This document shows, in pieces, positions 35,581 through 48,736 of a stretch of DNA of 64,000 nucleotides (positions within the stretch are counted from its first letter, which is position 1; each line of letters starts with the position of its first letter). Made by a program: the position numbers and the translations under genes. The DNA comes from Felis catus (lineage: Eukaryota): the NCBI RefSeq assembly GCF_018350175.1, contig NC_058368.1, positions 80,354,001 to 80,418,000 of the forward strand, in the 5' to 3' direction. The notes under the pieces were generated by a model. That model did not search any database. It saw only the letters and a program-made list of their open reading frames with translations, and had not been told where the DNA came from.

Positions 35581-37879
35581 AAATTGCTGTTTTTCCAGTA
35601 TCTTTCATGCATGTAACTTATAAATATGCATAGACTAGGGGCACAGGTGCAAACACTGTGTACCGATAGGTGAACAGTGGAGACTGTGTGGAGAACACTG
35701 GTTGATTTAATTCTTTTCCCAAGCAAAGATGCTTCTAGCCTTAAAGGTATTCCTCCAGGCACCTGCCTCTGTTTCCTCCATCACTCCTGCCTAACATAGG
35801 TTAGGGTGGAAAATCTAAATCACGAACACAGCCTTATCTTGCTAATATTTTGTTCAGTAATAAATATCTTGCTGTCCTTTTCACTTTATCGTCCAATGCC
35901 AAGAATTTCCAGGCTGCTTTGTAAGGATGGATGTTCCTGGTAGGTGGTGGGGAGATGATGTGAGAAAAGCATGAATCGGCAGTTCCTCCTTCAATGGACT
36001 GAGGTGGACTCCAAGTGGCCATGGGGACTGGGGGTCTTTCCTGCCTGCCAGTAGTTGGGGCGGGGCCCCCTCCACTTTGCTAACTGGTTCTGCCCAGCCA
36101 CCACTCATTTGAAAACCTCATAAATGCCTCCATGATTGTTTCAGAGACCAGAGGGTTTAAAATCCCACGTCTACTTTAAAAAGAAGCTTCAACAATTTCA
36201 AAGCCCAGTTCTGTTCTCCTTTGCCAGCCCAGTGGGAAACGCATGATTGCATTTTACTTGTTTAATATCAAGTTTGATTTTTTTTTATTATGCCTCCTTT
36301 TTCATAATTCAAAATGAATCTCATGCCCCTTCTATTATATAATCTAGAGTTGGTATTCTAGGTTTCTCACTTCATTTGAAGAGTAGTGTGACTGTGATAA
36401 AGTTCTGTGAAGGGTTAATGAAATTGCCTTACCCAATTAAGAAAACTGAATTCCTTAGGTGCGTTTCTAACACAAGTGGATTCTAAACGAGTTGTTTGGT
36501 CTTTCAAACAGCTTGAATGTTGCCAAGTTTTATTGGACGAGGAGCAAGTGTGGCCACCCAAGACACGCCACACAGATGTGGCAAACTCTAGGGCATATCG
36601 GACCCTTAGGGGTCCCTGCCCCCAGGCCCCTCCTCTCCTGGCCCTCACTCCTCCCCCTTGCCACCACCTACAGGGGAGCCTCTGGGAAACTGTTGTTCTA
36701 TCTCCCACTCTCTGTGAATCTCTCTGTTCTCTGTTCTGGAAGCTGTCTCCATGGGTGCCCCAAGTAGCCAGGCCATGAGTCCCCAGTCTGAGCCACTCAG
36801 GCAGAGGTTTTCTGGGGCAGCCGCCCTTCTGTGAGGAATTACAGCATGGCGTCTGAAGCCACCCAATGGGGCTGGACCTCCGCCATTTCCCATCTGGATT
36901 CCTCACCAAAGACTTAGTGTCTTAATTGAAAATTGGGAGAATGAACAGTAAGATTGTTCATTGGACAAGTTGTCTGCTTAATCTTTTTTTTTTTTTTATA
37001 GTAGAATGCATAATGTTTATTTTTTTGAAGCAGAAATACGAGTAACGAAAACACACGTGATTGACCTTGGCCATTATTGTTCTAGATCTGACGGCAAACT
37101 ACAACGCGAATAGTAAAAATAGGAATAGAAATGTATCAAAAATCCCTATTCCGTTATTTAAATTATTATATTTATAATTTTCATTCAAAAGAGCAATGGA
37201 ATGTTATTTTATTTTGTAAGTTCCCAAGACGTTTGAACTTTTTGCTGGTCTAATGAGTTAAACAGTAAGGAGCAGATTGATATAGTTTTCTTAAAGTAAT
37301 AAGAGGAAGGGCCTATCCTTGAAGGTCATATATAGTTATTTTGTGGAATATGACTATGTTTGATTTCTATGACCTTGGAGTTTCAAAACAGAGAGTCTCT
37401 GATCTCTCGTGTACGTCATAGCAGCCTCTTTCCGATCACACAGGAAGTCCTCCATGTTGCAGGAGCGGAAATGCAGTTAACGGCTGCGGTGTCGTTCCAG
37501 ACCATTCTACAGGAAGAATCAGTGTCAGTTCATACATATGCCCACTCCTTCCTCCAAGTGGTTCTGCCACATTTGGAGCACAGGGGTGCAGGTCACAGCC
37601 TGGCTTGCTTAGTTCTTGGAACTAAGTTCTTGTTTCTTGGAAGTGGCCATGAGGTCTTTGGAATCTTGTTAGCCTGATGAGCAGAACCGAATGAGTCTGC
37701 CCTGCCCAAGAGTTGGTCATGAGTGTGACTAAAAATAGCCATGGCTGTTTCCTTGCAAACCCTGAGAAGTCCAGTATCTTTTAAAGCTGAAGATGCGTTA
37801 ATTCATCTGATGATCTGTACTTTCTTCTTAGAATTTTTGATTTTTATAATATTTACGTTTATAGTATTATTAAAAAAAA

Positions 37880-38088
37880 TTTTTTTTAATGTTTACTTTT
37901 GAGAGAGAGGGAGAGACAGAGCATGAGTGGGGGAGGGGCAGAGAGAGACGGGGACACAGAATCCGAAGCAGGCTCCAGGCTCCGAGCTGTCAGCACAGAG
38001 CCCGACGCGGGGCTCGAACCCACAAACTGCGAGATTGTGACCTGAGCTGAGGTCGGATACTTAACCAACTGAGCCATCCAAGCGCCTC
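37880..38088 (-). mobile_element. SINEC_Fc-type SINE
   Basis: Antisense consensus match. Confidence 0.92.
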
Positions 38089-38164
38089 TACAGTAGTATT
38101 GTGCAACAAAAATTACACATTTTAGCTGAAAGATATTCCCTCCCCCACATTATTATTAAAAAAA

Positions 38165-38374
38165 ATTTTTTTTAACATTCATTTTTGAGAGACAGAGAGA
38201 GACAGAGTGGGAGCAGTGGAGGGGCAGAGAAAGAGGGAGACACAGAATCAGAAGCAGGCTCTGGGCTCTGAGCTGTCAGCACAGAGCCTGACACAGGGCT
38301 CAAACTCGTGAACCAGGAGATCATGACCTGAGCTGAAGTCAGATGCTCAACTGACTGAGCCACCCAGGCGCCCC
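38165..38374 (-). mobile_element. SINEC_Fc-type SINE
   Basis: TSD TCCCCCACATTATT at 38141 and 38375. Confidence 0.92.
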
Positions 38375-38923
38375 TCCCCCACATTATTTTTAAAGACACA
38401 AATGTTTTCTAGATGTCGGCTCTGCTTAATCTAACAGGAGACCATAGCATCTGGTCTTGGTTCTATGAGGCCCGCCCACCCAAGGGCTTCCACTTCCTCA
38501 CTACTGGTTCTTCTAGGTGTCCAGAGCAGGGAATTCTAGGTTCATGGCCACCATGGGGGAGTGCACCTGCACCTATCCTCTGGGGAGGCACGAATGCACC
38601 CCATGGCCCCCCTCCTAAGCCCCCACCTCCAAGAAACTTCTCATCCTCCCTATCTTTTCCTTATGGTCTTACTTTCAGATTTTTTCACCCAAAGAGCGCA
38701 TTTAAATGCAATGAATTTCTGGATCGGGGAAGAGATACCTTTGAGTACGTCGGGGAGAGGATATGACCTTTTACTAGCCTTCAAATGACCTTGCATCGGC
38801 TTCTTCAGCCTTGGGTTCCAAGAAGCTCAGGGTCTGCTGGATCCATAGTCAGCTAAGTCCTCTTTAGCTAGAACCTATTTCAGATTTAGTGACCTAACAT
38901 CTAGCTAGCTAAGTGTAGCTGGC

Positions 38924-38987
38924 TAGAATTTCATTTTAACCTGCTCAGGGACACTTAGAATTTTATTTTAACCCGCTCAGGGACACT
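38924..38987. repeat. 32-bp tandem duplication
   Basis: TAGAATTTCATTTTAACCTGCTCAGGGACACT and TAGAATTTTATTTTAACCCGCTCAGGGACACT differ at 2 positions. Confidence 0.9.
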
Positions 38988-39238
38988 TTCAAGTTACTTC
39001 CCCGAAGTCACCCTCTGATGGGGGAGTGGTGAGTGGATACAATCAGTACAGAGGGTGGTTTGCCATTGTGTTTCAAACCTTCAGGTGCGCTTTCCGATTG
39101 TCCTATGACATCACTTTCAAAAATCCCCTTGAAATAATCAGAGAGGTCTGGAAAGGTTTACATATAAAGATATGCCTTACAGTTTTAGTTGTAATGTATG
39201 TTACTATTTATAATCCGTTAAACAAAAAGTTAGAGGGT

Positions 39239-39345
39239 GGGTGCCTGATTGGCTCTGTCAGTGGAGCGTGTGACTCTTGATCTTGGGGTTGTGAGTTTGA
39301 GCCCCACGTTGGATGCAGAGATTACTTAAAAATACGATCTTTATA
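39239..39345 (+). mobile_element. Short, older tRNA-derived SINE
   Basis: GTGACTCTTGATCTTGGGGTTGTGAGTTTGAGCCCCACGTTGG...AGATTACTTAAAA. Confidence 0.8.
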
Positions 39346-40699
39346 TAAAAAAGACCCAAAAACTAAACTAAAAAATAATGTATAGCAGACTCTGATATTA
39401 CACTGTATCTTAACCAACTGGAGTGAAAATAAAAACGTAAAAATAAAATAAAAGAAACAGACAAAATGTTTAAAAATAGTAAAATGATGTAAAAATGTAT
39501 GCTTCACTGGACAACGGGACTACTCCCCAGCCATTGAGAATTTCTACTTGGAGAATACTTGAAGATACGGAGAAGTGTACATAATCTAGAATTTTAAAAG
39601 ATGACGAAACAATATGTAAACATTCACCTCCAGGTGTGTTCTGTACTGAAGCTGTTTTGTGTGACTTGTGCATTTCTGCCCAGAGCCGCACATACGCAAT
39701 CATGGGGGGGCTTACTTGGCTTGTGCTCCGTATCTGGCCTCGGGATCAGAACTGACCCTTCTGTTCCTGACACCAAGGGGGATTATCATGCCTCACCTCC
39801 CGGAGCCGGACCGGGCTGGGCCCCTGGAATGGATCAGGGAGGGAAGAGAAAAACGTGGATGCCAGGTTCCTAAGATCCTGATACAATAAGAGAAACAGAG
39901 AAAAACCAGCTTGCTCGGGACTGCGCTTAGGTAAACTTCATGACTCAGCATAGATCACACACGGGCGGGTGGTGCACCTGTTGCCCTGGTGGGAAGAGCT
40001 AGCTGAACTCTCACCTGAGGGGAGGACAGTCTGCCCAGGACCCTTAATCAGGACTCCAAGTGGGCTGCTCACCACGGGCCTTCCCCCGCCAGAAGGTGGG
40101 ATGTTACGAGTACCCAATTTGGTGTGTTAGCCTTCTTTGTTCTCTGTACTCTCTCCCTCTTGATCTTTACTATAATTGTTCAGTTCCTTATATTCCCTTT
40201 CCCTTGTAATTAATAAAATCTTCCTCCACGAAACAGAAAGTGTGGCTGTTGTGAATTACTCAGAACAACGTGGAATGTTTGGTTTCTGCATTCATCTCTC
40301 TTTTCTCCTAAAGACCAACTTCAATGACCAAAAAGCAATGAGAATAAAATTTTAACCTTCATATGTAAAAGTGATCGTGATGACCACCTGCATATGTGAG
40401 ATGATCCATCTGGGTTCATGGCCCCATGAAAGGAACGACTACAGCAGAGAATCTGTACGGGCGCTAATTAGTACTTTCAGACAAATCTGAGAAGACATTT
40501 TCCATGCTAAAACGACAAGAGGCCATAAGAAACGGCCACCACTGAAATCTGAGCCAGCAATTCTATCTCTGGGATTTTATCTTATGGATTTACACACTGC
40601 AGTCGCTGTGCAATGGCTGTTAAAAGGCCAACAGCATATTTGCAGCCACAGATTTGGTAGAACGTAAGTATCGACACATTGATAGAATACACAGGTATA

Positions 40700-43630
40700 A
40701 TAACAAAAAGAATCACTCTATTGCTCAAATTGTCCTAGCTTCGGCCCGTGAGAGCTCTCCTGGTTGGCTCCCATATCCCTCCGATGCATCCCCGTTCTTT
40801 TGTTTTTTGAGCACTCCTTACTTGTTTGCACTAGTAGATCCTCCAGGCCCATCCCAGAATCCATTATTTTCCAGGGAGTCTGATTCATTTCATAGGAGGA
40901 TGATATTCAGACACCAAGAGCTGGTGGTAGCTGTGCCTGTCGCTCCCCGTTATCACTTCTTGTAGGACCTCGTAGCAGATGAAGCTAGGAGATGTATGTA
41001 TGTACTCTAACCCAGGTATACACATATATCTGTGATGATTTCTGTATTCTGTATCTGTATGTATAGTAGACTGAGCATGAATCCATATTGCTATACAGAA
41101 ATGATTGGAAGAGTAACTAAAGAGGGAAAGAAGACTCATGTTCCTTGGAGTATAATTCCAAATGATACAGGAAGGTACTCCCCTTCCAGGAGGTGGAGCC
41201 CAATCTCCCCCCGCCCCACCCACCCCTGGAGGATGGACTGGATTCAGCGACTTACTTCCCAAGAGTAGAGTCTGGAGACCAGAAAATGGTAGCTTCACTG
41301 CCGAGAGGTCTGCGACGCAGGTTAACGTCACCAGTGCCCATTTGTGCTGATGGCGCATGCCCGATAGGATGTGGGGAGAAAGAAGGACACTTCACTTTCA
41401 GTGTCCTCCAGAACAACCCTACAACCCTAGTTTAAACACAGTGAAAACATCAGTCCATCACATACCTGCCAATGCTCCCCACACCGCCAAGGTCGTGGAA
41501 AACAAGGACAGACTGATGAATTGCCACAGACACATGATGGCTGAATGCCATGGGGGGGGGGGGTCCTGGGTGGGGGTCTCTGCAGGGAAGAAGGCCATTC
41601 ACACAGCAACTGGTGACATCCAGACACACTCTGGAGCTCGGCTAGTGGAAACATGCCAACTTTAATCTCTGAATGTTGACAAATGTACCGAATTGTGTGA
41701 GATGGAGACATGAGCAGATACTGGGGGAGGGGCAGATGGGACTCTCCCATTTTGCGCCTTTTTCTATAACTCTAAAATTCCAGCAAAATAAAAACTTGTT
41801 TAAAAGATATAAATCTTCATTTCAGACTACACTGAATTAAGAATAGGAATTAAACGAAGCAAAGCATGGTGATTTGTAATTCTTTTTTTAATGTTTATTT
41901 ATTTGTTTTGAGAGAGAGAGAGAGATTGAGCGCAGGGCAGGGGCAGAGAGAGAGAGAATCCCAAGCAGGCTGCACGCTGTCAGTGCTGACCCCCACGTGG
42001 GGCTCAAACCCACAAACCATGAGATCATGACAAGAGCCAAAATCAAGAGCCAGACGCTTAACCGACTGAGTCACCCACGCGCCCCCAGTGCTTTGTAATT
42101 CTAACAGGAACAATATCCAGTGAAGTTATGACAGTTACCAGTGTTAATGAATCATGAACGTACCATTTCCCTTCCCCTCTCCTAGGTGGGGGATGTGGCA
42201 GGTGAGATTATGCATTCGCTGGGGCTGGAGGCAGAGAATTCTGGAGGGCCACTCGAGAGTTTGTTAGAGCCACCCAGGGGGGAACATCTGTGAGGCTGCG
42301 TCTGCAGGCTTCAGTCAAATAGATGGTCTGGGGGGCCAGGAGGTTTGGTGCAGGGGACCTGAGCAAGTGTGTAATGCACCGAGGTTAATCAGAGCCATAT
42401 TCCAAACCCGTAGAGGATTACAAATATGAAAAGGGGCAGACAGCCTCCGTTGTATTGAATTAGAGTTAATTCCATCAATACGAACTCATGTCAATTCAGA
42501 TGTGCCTGCACACGTGCTTCCTAGTTCTGTGCACTCAGGGCTTCGAAGCGATGGGCCCCATGCAACCAGCAGGTCTCGCGGCCAGATCGTGGTTTCTGAT
42601 ACCCTTCTCTGCTAAAAGGAAGCAGGGTTTCTTGAAAAAAGCCCGACTCCAGGCTGCACAGGGAAATGTGTTGTGCCTGGAACGTCTCTTGTGCCGGAAA
42701 GTGAGGAAACGTCAAAGCTACCGGGAACACGTCAAACGACATGGGAGTCATCTTGAAGACACTTCTATGGGCCACATCTGAGTGTCACAATAGATAGGGA
42801 TGGTAATAGATTACGACCCACTGAGTAAAATAAAGATCTGTGGGTATCATCTGACAGGAACAAGTAAGTAAATGCAGCAGAATCCCAACGAATACAAGTA
42901 GAAGGAGTGATGGAATTAGAAAACCAACATTTGGCAAAGTCATCATGGTAGCAATTCAGATAAGAATCCTCAGTGATAAAGAGCATACACGGTTTCCAGC
43001 ACTCACACACAATTACCTGTACCGCGGAGACAAAGGGACATCGTGCGTCTCCTGATACGCCACAGGGAGAACACAGTGTCTTTTTTGCGGTATTCTTACC
43101 AAAAATGCACATTCTGAATATAATCAGGAGGAAATATCAGACAAAGCCAAGTTTAGAAACAGTCCCCAAGGTAACTAGGCTGTTCTACGGCTCTCAAGGT
43201 TACTAAAGACCCGTGAAGACTGAGGAGCTGGCCCCGAGTGAGGGACACTGAGGAGACAGTCACACGCAGCGTGTGGTCCAGGTGGACCGGGAACCTCCAA
43301 CATTGTGCTGGAGAGTCACATTGACTCGGGTGCCGCAGAAGGGAGTCTGCGGATCAGACGGTGGCATTGCGCTGGTGCTGGTTTTACCGTCACGTGGGAG
43401 AGTGACCTTATTTTTAGGAAAACACTTCTTAAGTTTTTAGGGGGAATAAGACATTGCATCTGCAACTTACTCTCAGATGGTTCAGAAAATAATAACAGAT
43501 AAATAGAAGGAGAGAAAGGACGATAAGACAAAAACGGTAAAATGTTAATAACTGGGGAATCAAGGTGAAAGATCTATGGGTATTACTTTTTTCATACATT
43601 TTATACTTTGGAGTCATTCCAAAATAAAAT
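40700..43630. mobile_element. Patchwork of ancient L1MC/MD-type 3' UTR fragments
   Basis: Motifs such as TTGCTCAAATTGTCCTAG, GGAAAACAAGGACAGACTG and AAAATGCACATTCTGAATATAATCAGGAGGAAATATCAGACAAA. Confidence 0.6.
41884..42086 (-). mobile_element. Can-SINE
   Basis: Flanked by TG(A/C)TTTGTAATTCT. Confidence 0.9.
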
Positions 43631-43650
43631 TAAAATTAAAAATTAAAATA

Positions 43651-43860
43651 GGGGCATCTGGGTGGCTCAGTTGGTTAAGCGTCTGACTCCTGGTTTCGGC
43701 TCAGGTCGTGATCTCAAGGTTCATGGGATCGAGCCCTGGGTCGGGCTCTGTGCTGACAGCTCAGAGCCTGCTTGGGATTCTCTCTCTGTCCGTCTTGCTC
43801 CATCCCTCCCCGTCTCGCTCGCTCGTGCTCTCCCTCTCAAATAAACATTTAAAAAGTTAA
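43651..43860 (+). mobile_element. Can-SINE followed by an AT-rich low-complexity tract to ~44000
   Basis: Consensus head followed by repeated AAAGTTAAA units. Confidence 0.88.
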
Positions 43861-44634
43861 ATAGTTAAAATGAATAAAAAAGTTAAATAAAATAAAACCA
43901 GTTAAAGAATAGAATAAAAAGTTAAAAACAAAGTAGCTAAATAAAAATAGTTAAAAGTAAGTTAAAAAATTAAAAATAAGATTTAAAAGTTTTAAAAAAG
44001 CATCACGTTTATAAGGTACAACTAAGAGACGCAAGAGGAAGTTCAAATACTACAGGAGTCTTAACTACACCTTTCATCCACGTGAGATCAAACGGACAGA
44101 AAAATGAGTTTTGGGGTGTGACAGTCCTGGACAGCAGAATTAACGAGACCTGTTTCATCCTTATATGTTGAACTTTGTATCCTGAAACAGAATACACCTT
44201 CTTTCTGATGTCTACTGACGAGTCACAAATTGGATTATCTTAGTTCTTAATACACCAAGAAGACCTCAGTGATAAATCCAGTTCATGATGTTCATCTCCA
44301 AGCAGCTACAGTTTCGTCCAAACAGCCCCAGGATCCTTTCTGCCAACCAGTGTGGGTTACTCACATGCACAAGATTACAAACAATTTTTGCCTTTGCGCC
44401 GTTTTGTCTCTGAAAAAATGCGGAGGTGGGTGGCCGCATGTTTATCCAGAAGTCATTTGATTTTAGGCTGCTGTGTGGATTTGCACCAGGGCAAGGCCAG
44501 ACTGCTCTCTCAGGGAAATCCCACGTGAACGCCTCCACCATTATGCTGGAGGGTCGCACTGCCGCCGGTTTTCATTTTCATTCATGTGTTGGTGTTTCCA
44601 TTGTGGATGCTTTTTAGGAGTATTTTATTTTGCT

Positions 44635-44840
44635 TTATTTATTTTTTAAATGTTTGTTTTGAGAAAGAGAGAGCATGAGCAGGGGGAGGGGCAGAGAGGG
44701 AGAGAGAGAGAGAATCCCAAGCAGGGTCCCAGCTGTCGGCACGGAGCCCGATGTGGGGCTCGATCCCACGGTTCGCAAGATCATGACCTGAGCTGAAATC
44801 AAGAGTTGGATGCTCAACCGACTGATCCCCCAGATGCCCC
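44635..44840 (-). mobile_element. Can-SINE
   Basis: Flanked by GAGTATTTTA. Confidence 0.9.
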
Positions 44841-45392
44841 TTTTCTGAGTATTTTAAAAGGTGTGTTGTTGCTTCTGTCCCCTTAAATTGTAAAAATAAA
44901 ATCTCTATAATTTCTTGATAAAATGTAAAAATCGACTCGTCATTTTCTGTTCTTAGTTGCCTACAGAACAAATGTATGCGTGTATGTATACACATAATAA
45001 AAACAAATGCACGATTCTCACTTTTGTACTAAGGGAAACTATAAGTGTTACATTTTAAGGTGCTTTCCCTTACCTTTTGGAAGTCCAGTGGTCATGAGGT
45101 GAGTCTGTGGATCCTTGAGGGGCAGGGATGTGAAATGGTTTGAAGAAATTTATTTACTAAGTATTTAAGCGACAAGATTTTGACGGGAGCAGTCTTTGTG
45201 ACTCTTAGCGGCCAGAAGGCTTGCCATGACGCCATAGCTGTGGCCCTTGCTTTGTTGGGGACACGCTCACTGACCTCCGACGAGGCTCATTCTGAGGCAG
45301 GGTCTACACTGCTTTGGTTACTCTTCTGGGAAGAGTTTAATAGGAATTTTAATGAAAAAATCGGCCTTTGACAGGATTGGAACTCAATGGCT

Positions 45393-45437
45393 TTTTTTTT
45401 AAGCTTATTTATTTATTTTGAGAGAGAGACAGAGAGA

Positions 45438-45469
<32 letters not shown>

Positions 45470-45585
45470 AAATCCCAAGCAGGCTCCACACTGTGCAGAA
45501 TCCAATGCAGGGCTCAAACTCATGAACTGTGAGATCACAGCCTGAGCCTAACTCACGAGTCAGATGCTTAACTGCCTCCATCCAG
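45393..45585 (-). mobile_element. Can-SINE with degenerate head
   Basis: T tail, long GA tract and body. Confidence 0.85.
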
Positions 45586-46270
45586 GATGTGCTGGGAGAT
45601 GGCCGGCTGTCCCACACACCCGGCTCAGCTCTCTTCCCATACCTCAGGGTATTCTCATGTGCACATTGTTCAGGGGTCCTCGGGTTAATTTTAGGCTGTA
45701 GACCTGGGGCCTCTAGTTTTTGAGAACGTGGCCGTAAGCTTGGCCACGGCATGGAAGCATTTTTTCTACTGTGAGAGGTTCAGGGGAGCAAGAAAGGCCA
45801 ACAGGACTCGGGTGTCCAGTTAACGGGGTCCGTGTGTGAAGGTAGAAAGGGGTTCGGGGACTCTGAGCGGGAGCGGGAAGGGCGGAGCACTCACGAAGGA
45901 CAAAGGTGTGGGGAGTGGAGTTGGGGCATCAATGGTGGGGCTCCCAAGAGAGCAGAGACATAGTCATGCTCTGCTTGAAGGTGACTGACCTCCTGAGGCT
46001 TTCCTGTCGACAGTAGAGCTGAGCAGAGAGCCAGGTGGTGGGGGTGGGGCATGGGGGTGAGGAGCCCTTGTGAGAGGAGGGGGTTTCGGTGATCAGGTGT
46101 CAGGGAGGAGTCCCAAGCGTGGTGTGCCTACTCCAAGGTGGCAGAAGTGTTAGCGGGAGAACCCGCTCGGAAGTTGGGGGTGTCCCCTGAGGGGGATTAT
46201 GTCCCCCACGCATGGAGTTAGTTGTGGACCCTGGAAGGATCCATGGAGCATTTCAAAGCCAGGCAATTCT

Positions 46271-46480
46271 TTGTATCTATCATCTATCTATCTATCTACC
46301 ATCTAATCTTGAGAGAGAGAGAGAGCCAGTGGGGGAGGGACAGAGAGAGAGAGAGAGTCCCAAGCAGGCTCCACACTCAGTGCGGAGCCTGACGCGAGGC
46401 TCGATCCCACGACCCTGGGATCATGACCTGAACTGAGATCAAGAGTTGGACGCTCCACCGACTGAGCCCCCCAGGCGTCT
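46271..46480 (-). mobile_element. Can-SINE with (TCTA)n tail
   Basis: TSD CAGGCAATTCT at 46260 and 46487. Confidence 0.88.
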
Positions 46481-46804
46481 GTCCTACAGGCAATTCTAAA
46501 CCCAGCGTCCCTCTTCCTTACGGGATCTGCAAACACGCCTACCTGCTGGGGTGTTGGAGGGAACAGCTGGCCCTGGCTTGTTTCCTTCAAATTCTTAAGC
46601 TGTCAAGCCATCAGTTTGCACTGTGTTTGCCCGGCCTTCCTGCAGTGGTGCTTATGGGGTTCCCGCCATGTGCGGCTGCGTCCAGAACTGTTTGGGTGTC
46701 TGGAGTTAGGCCAGAGTACTTTCCAAACATTCTCTTCTATGCCTATAGTTACAGGTGGATTCATCTCTTTGTTGCCTACAGTCTTAGATCTTTGACCAAT
46801 CAAT

Positions 46805-47026
46805 TTTTTCCTCTAAATTTTATTTACTTATTTAGAGAGAGAGAGAGAGAGAGAGACGACAGAGAGAATGAGTGGGAGAGGGCAGAGAGAGAGGGGGACA
46901 GAGGATCCGAAGCAGACTTTGCGCTGACAGCACAGAGCCCCACGTGGCACTTGAACCCAGAAACTGTGAGATCATGACCTGAGCCAAAGTTGGACACTTA
47001 ACCGACTGAAAGACCCAGGGGCCCCC
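46805..47026 (-). mobile_element. Can-SINE
   Basis: Antisense consensus match. Confidence 0.88.
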
Positions 47027-47827
47027 AGCAATCACATTTTGAGGGAAGACAGTGGGAATGGAATTTCAGTCTCTCTCCTATGGTTTTAGGCTATAACCTC
47101 GGGGGTGTTCTGATTTCTGGCAGTTCCCTGTGAAGAGTGGCCCATTTGGCATTTGCAACCCCAGAAGTGGCATCTCCAAGGCCCACCGGAGGGTGGACAG
47201 GTTGGTTAAATCATGGAGCCCAGGAGACTATGCCCTGAGCTGCTGTCTGGGTGGATGGCTAACTTCCCTATTCTCATGGGTCCAGAAACAACAGCAGGCA
47301 CATCGCAGGGAGAGCAGGGCAGACAGGATGGGCACCCGAGTTGTGGACCTTAACTCAGGTGCAGGCCAATAACGGGTTAGTACGGAGCGCCAGGGCCCGG
47401 GAGGGCAAGAGGAAGGGCAGGGGCTGGTGCGGGCCAAACGGAAGAGATCGAATCAGTAGTGAAACAACGACTGAAAAAGAGAAGCCCACATGGCTTTGTC
47501 CCTGAATTCTACCACTCATTTACCAATTCTTCAAAAACTCTTCCAAAAGTTAGAAAAAAGGAAATACTGCCCCCTCCTGCGGCTAGCACTACTGGGACCC
47601 ACATGCCGTCAGGAGCATGAACACGACGGACTCCCAGGACGGAAGGCCAGCGAACGCTGGCCCCATCGCTGCCCTCCCGGCTCTCTTCTCTGCACTGGAT
47701 CTGTGTCCTCAGTTTGCTGACCCCACTGGTTTTCTCAGTAACTGAAGCACTGAAGCATCTTATACAAGCCTATTCCCTTCCGCTGTATAGCCCAGCATTG
47801 CCTCATTTATTCCATATAATCCTTTAC

Positions 47828-48736
47828 TTTTTAATGTTCACTTATTTTGAGAGGAGGGGGAGGGGCAGAGAGAGGGAGACAGAGAACCCCAAGCAGGCTC
47901 CGAGCTGTCAGCACAGAGCGCGAGGCAGGGCTTGAACCCACCAACCGTGAGATCATGACCTGAGCTGAAATCAAGAATTGAGTGCTTAACTGACTGAGCC
48001 ACTCAGGTGCCCCAATTCCATATAAATCCTTTGTTTTTTCAAGTTAAAAAAAAATTGTCTTAATGTTCATTTATATATTGAGAGAGAGAATGAGCAGGGG
48101 AGGGGCAGATACGAAGAGAGAGAATCCTAAGCAGGCTCCACACTGTCAGCACAGAGCCTGACTCGGGGCTTGAACTCATGGCCTGGGAGATCATGACCTG
48201 AGCTAAAGTCGGGTACTTAACTGACTAAACCACCCAGGCACCCTGCCCTCAAGTTTTTGTTTTGTTTTGTTTTTTTTTTAATGTTTATTTATTTATTTTT
48301 GAAGAGAGAGAAAGAGGGAATCCCACACAGGCCCTGTCAGCACAGAGCCCGACCCCTGCTCATCACAAGTGCCCTCCTTACCCATCACCTGGGTAACCCA
48401 CTGTCCACCCACTTCCCCTATTTCCTTCCATTTTTAACTCTTTATAAAAAGGTGCCCAACTTCTATTTGTTTTATGTCAGAATGCACTTTTTCCTTCCTT
48501 TTATCTGGACTTTCTGTCTCCTTTTTTTTTTAAACATTTTTTTTTATGTTTATTTACTTTTGAGAGACAGAGCATGAGCGGGGGAGGGTCAGAGAGAGAG
48601 ACACAGAATCTGAAACAGGCTCCAGGCTCCCAGCTGTCGGCACAGAGCCCGATGTGGGGCTTGAACTCATGAACCACGAGATCATGACCTGAGCTGAAGT
48701 CGGACGCTTAACTGGCTAAGCCACCCAGGCACCCCC
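47828..48736 (-). mobile_element. Cluster of four antisense Can-SINEs (47828-48013, 48056-48243, partial 48255-48352, 48522-48736)
   Basis: Repeated T-tail, GA tract and CTGTC(A/G)GCACAGAGC units. Confidence 0.88.

Noticed and set aside
39690..40270. Possible ancient solo LTR (AATAAA near 40212)
   Set aside because: No TG...CA ends, TSD or family could be established.
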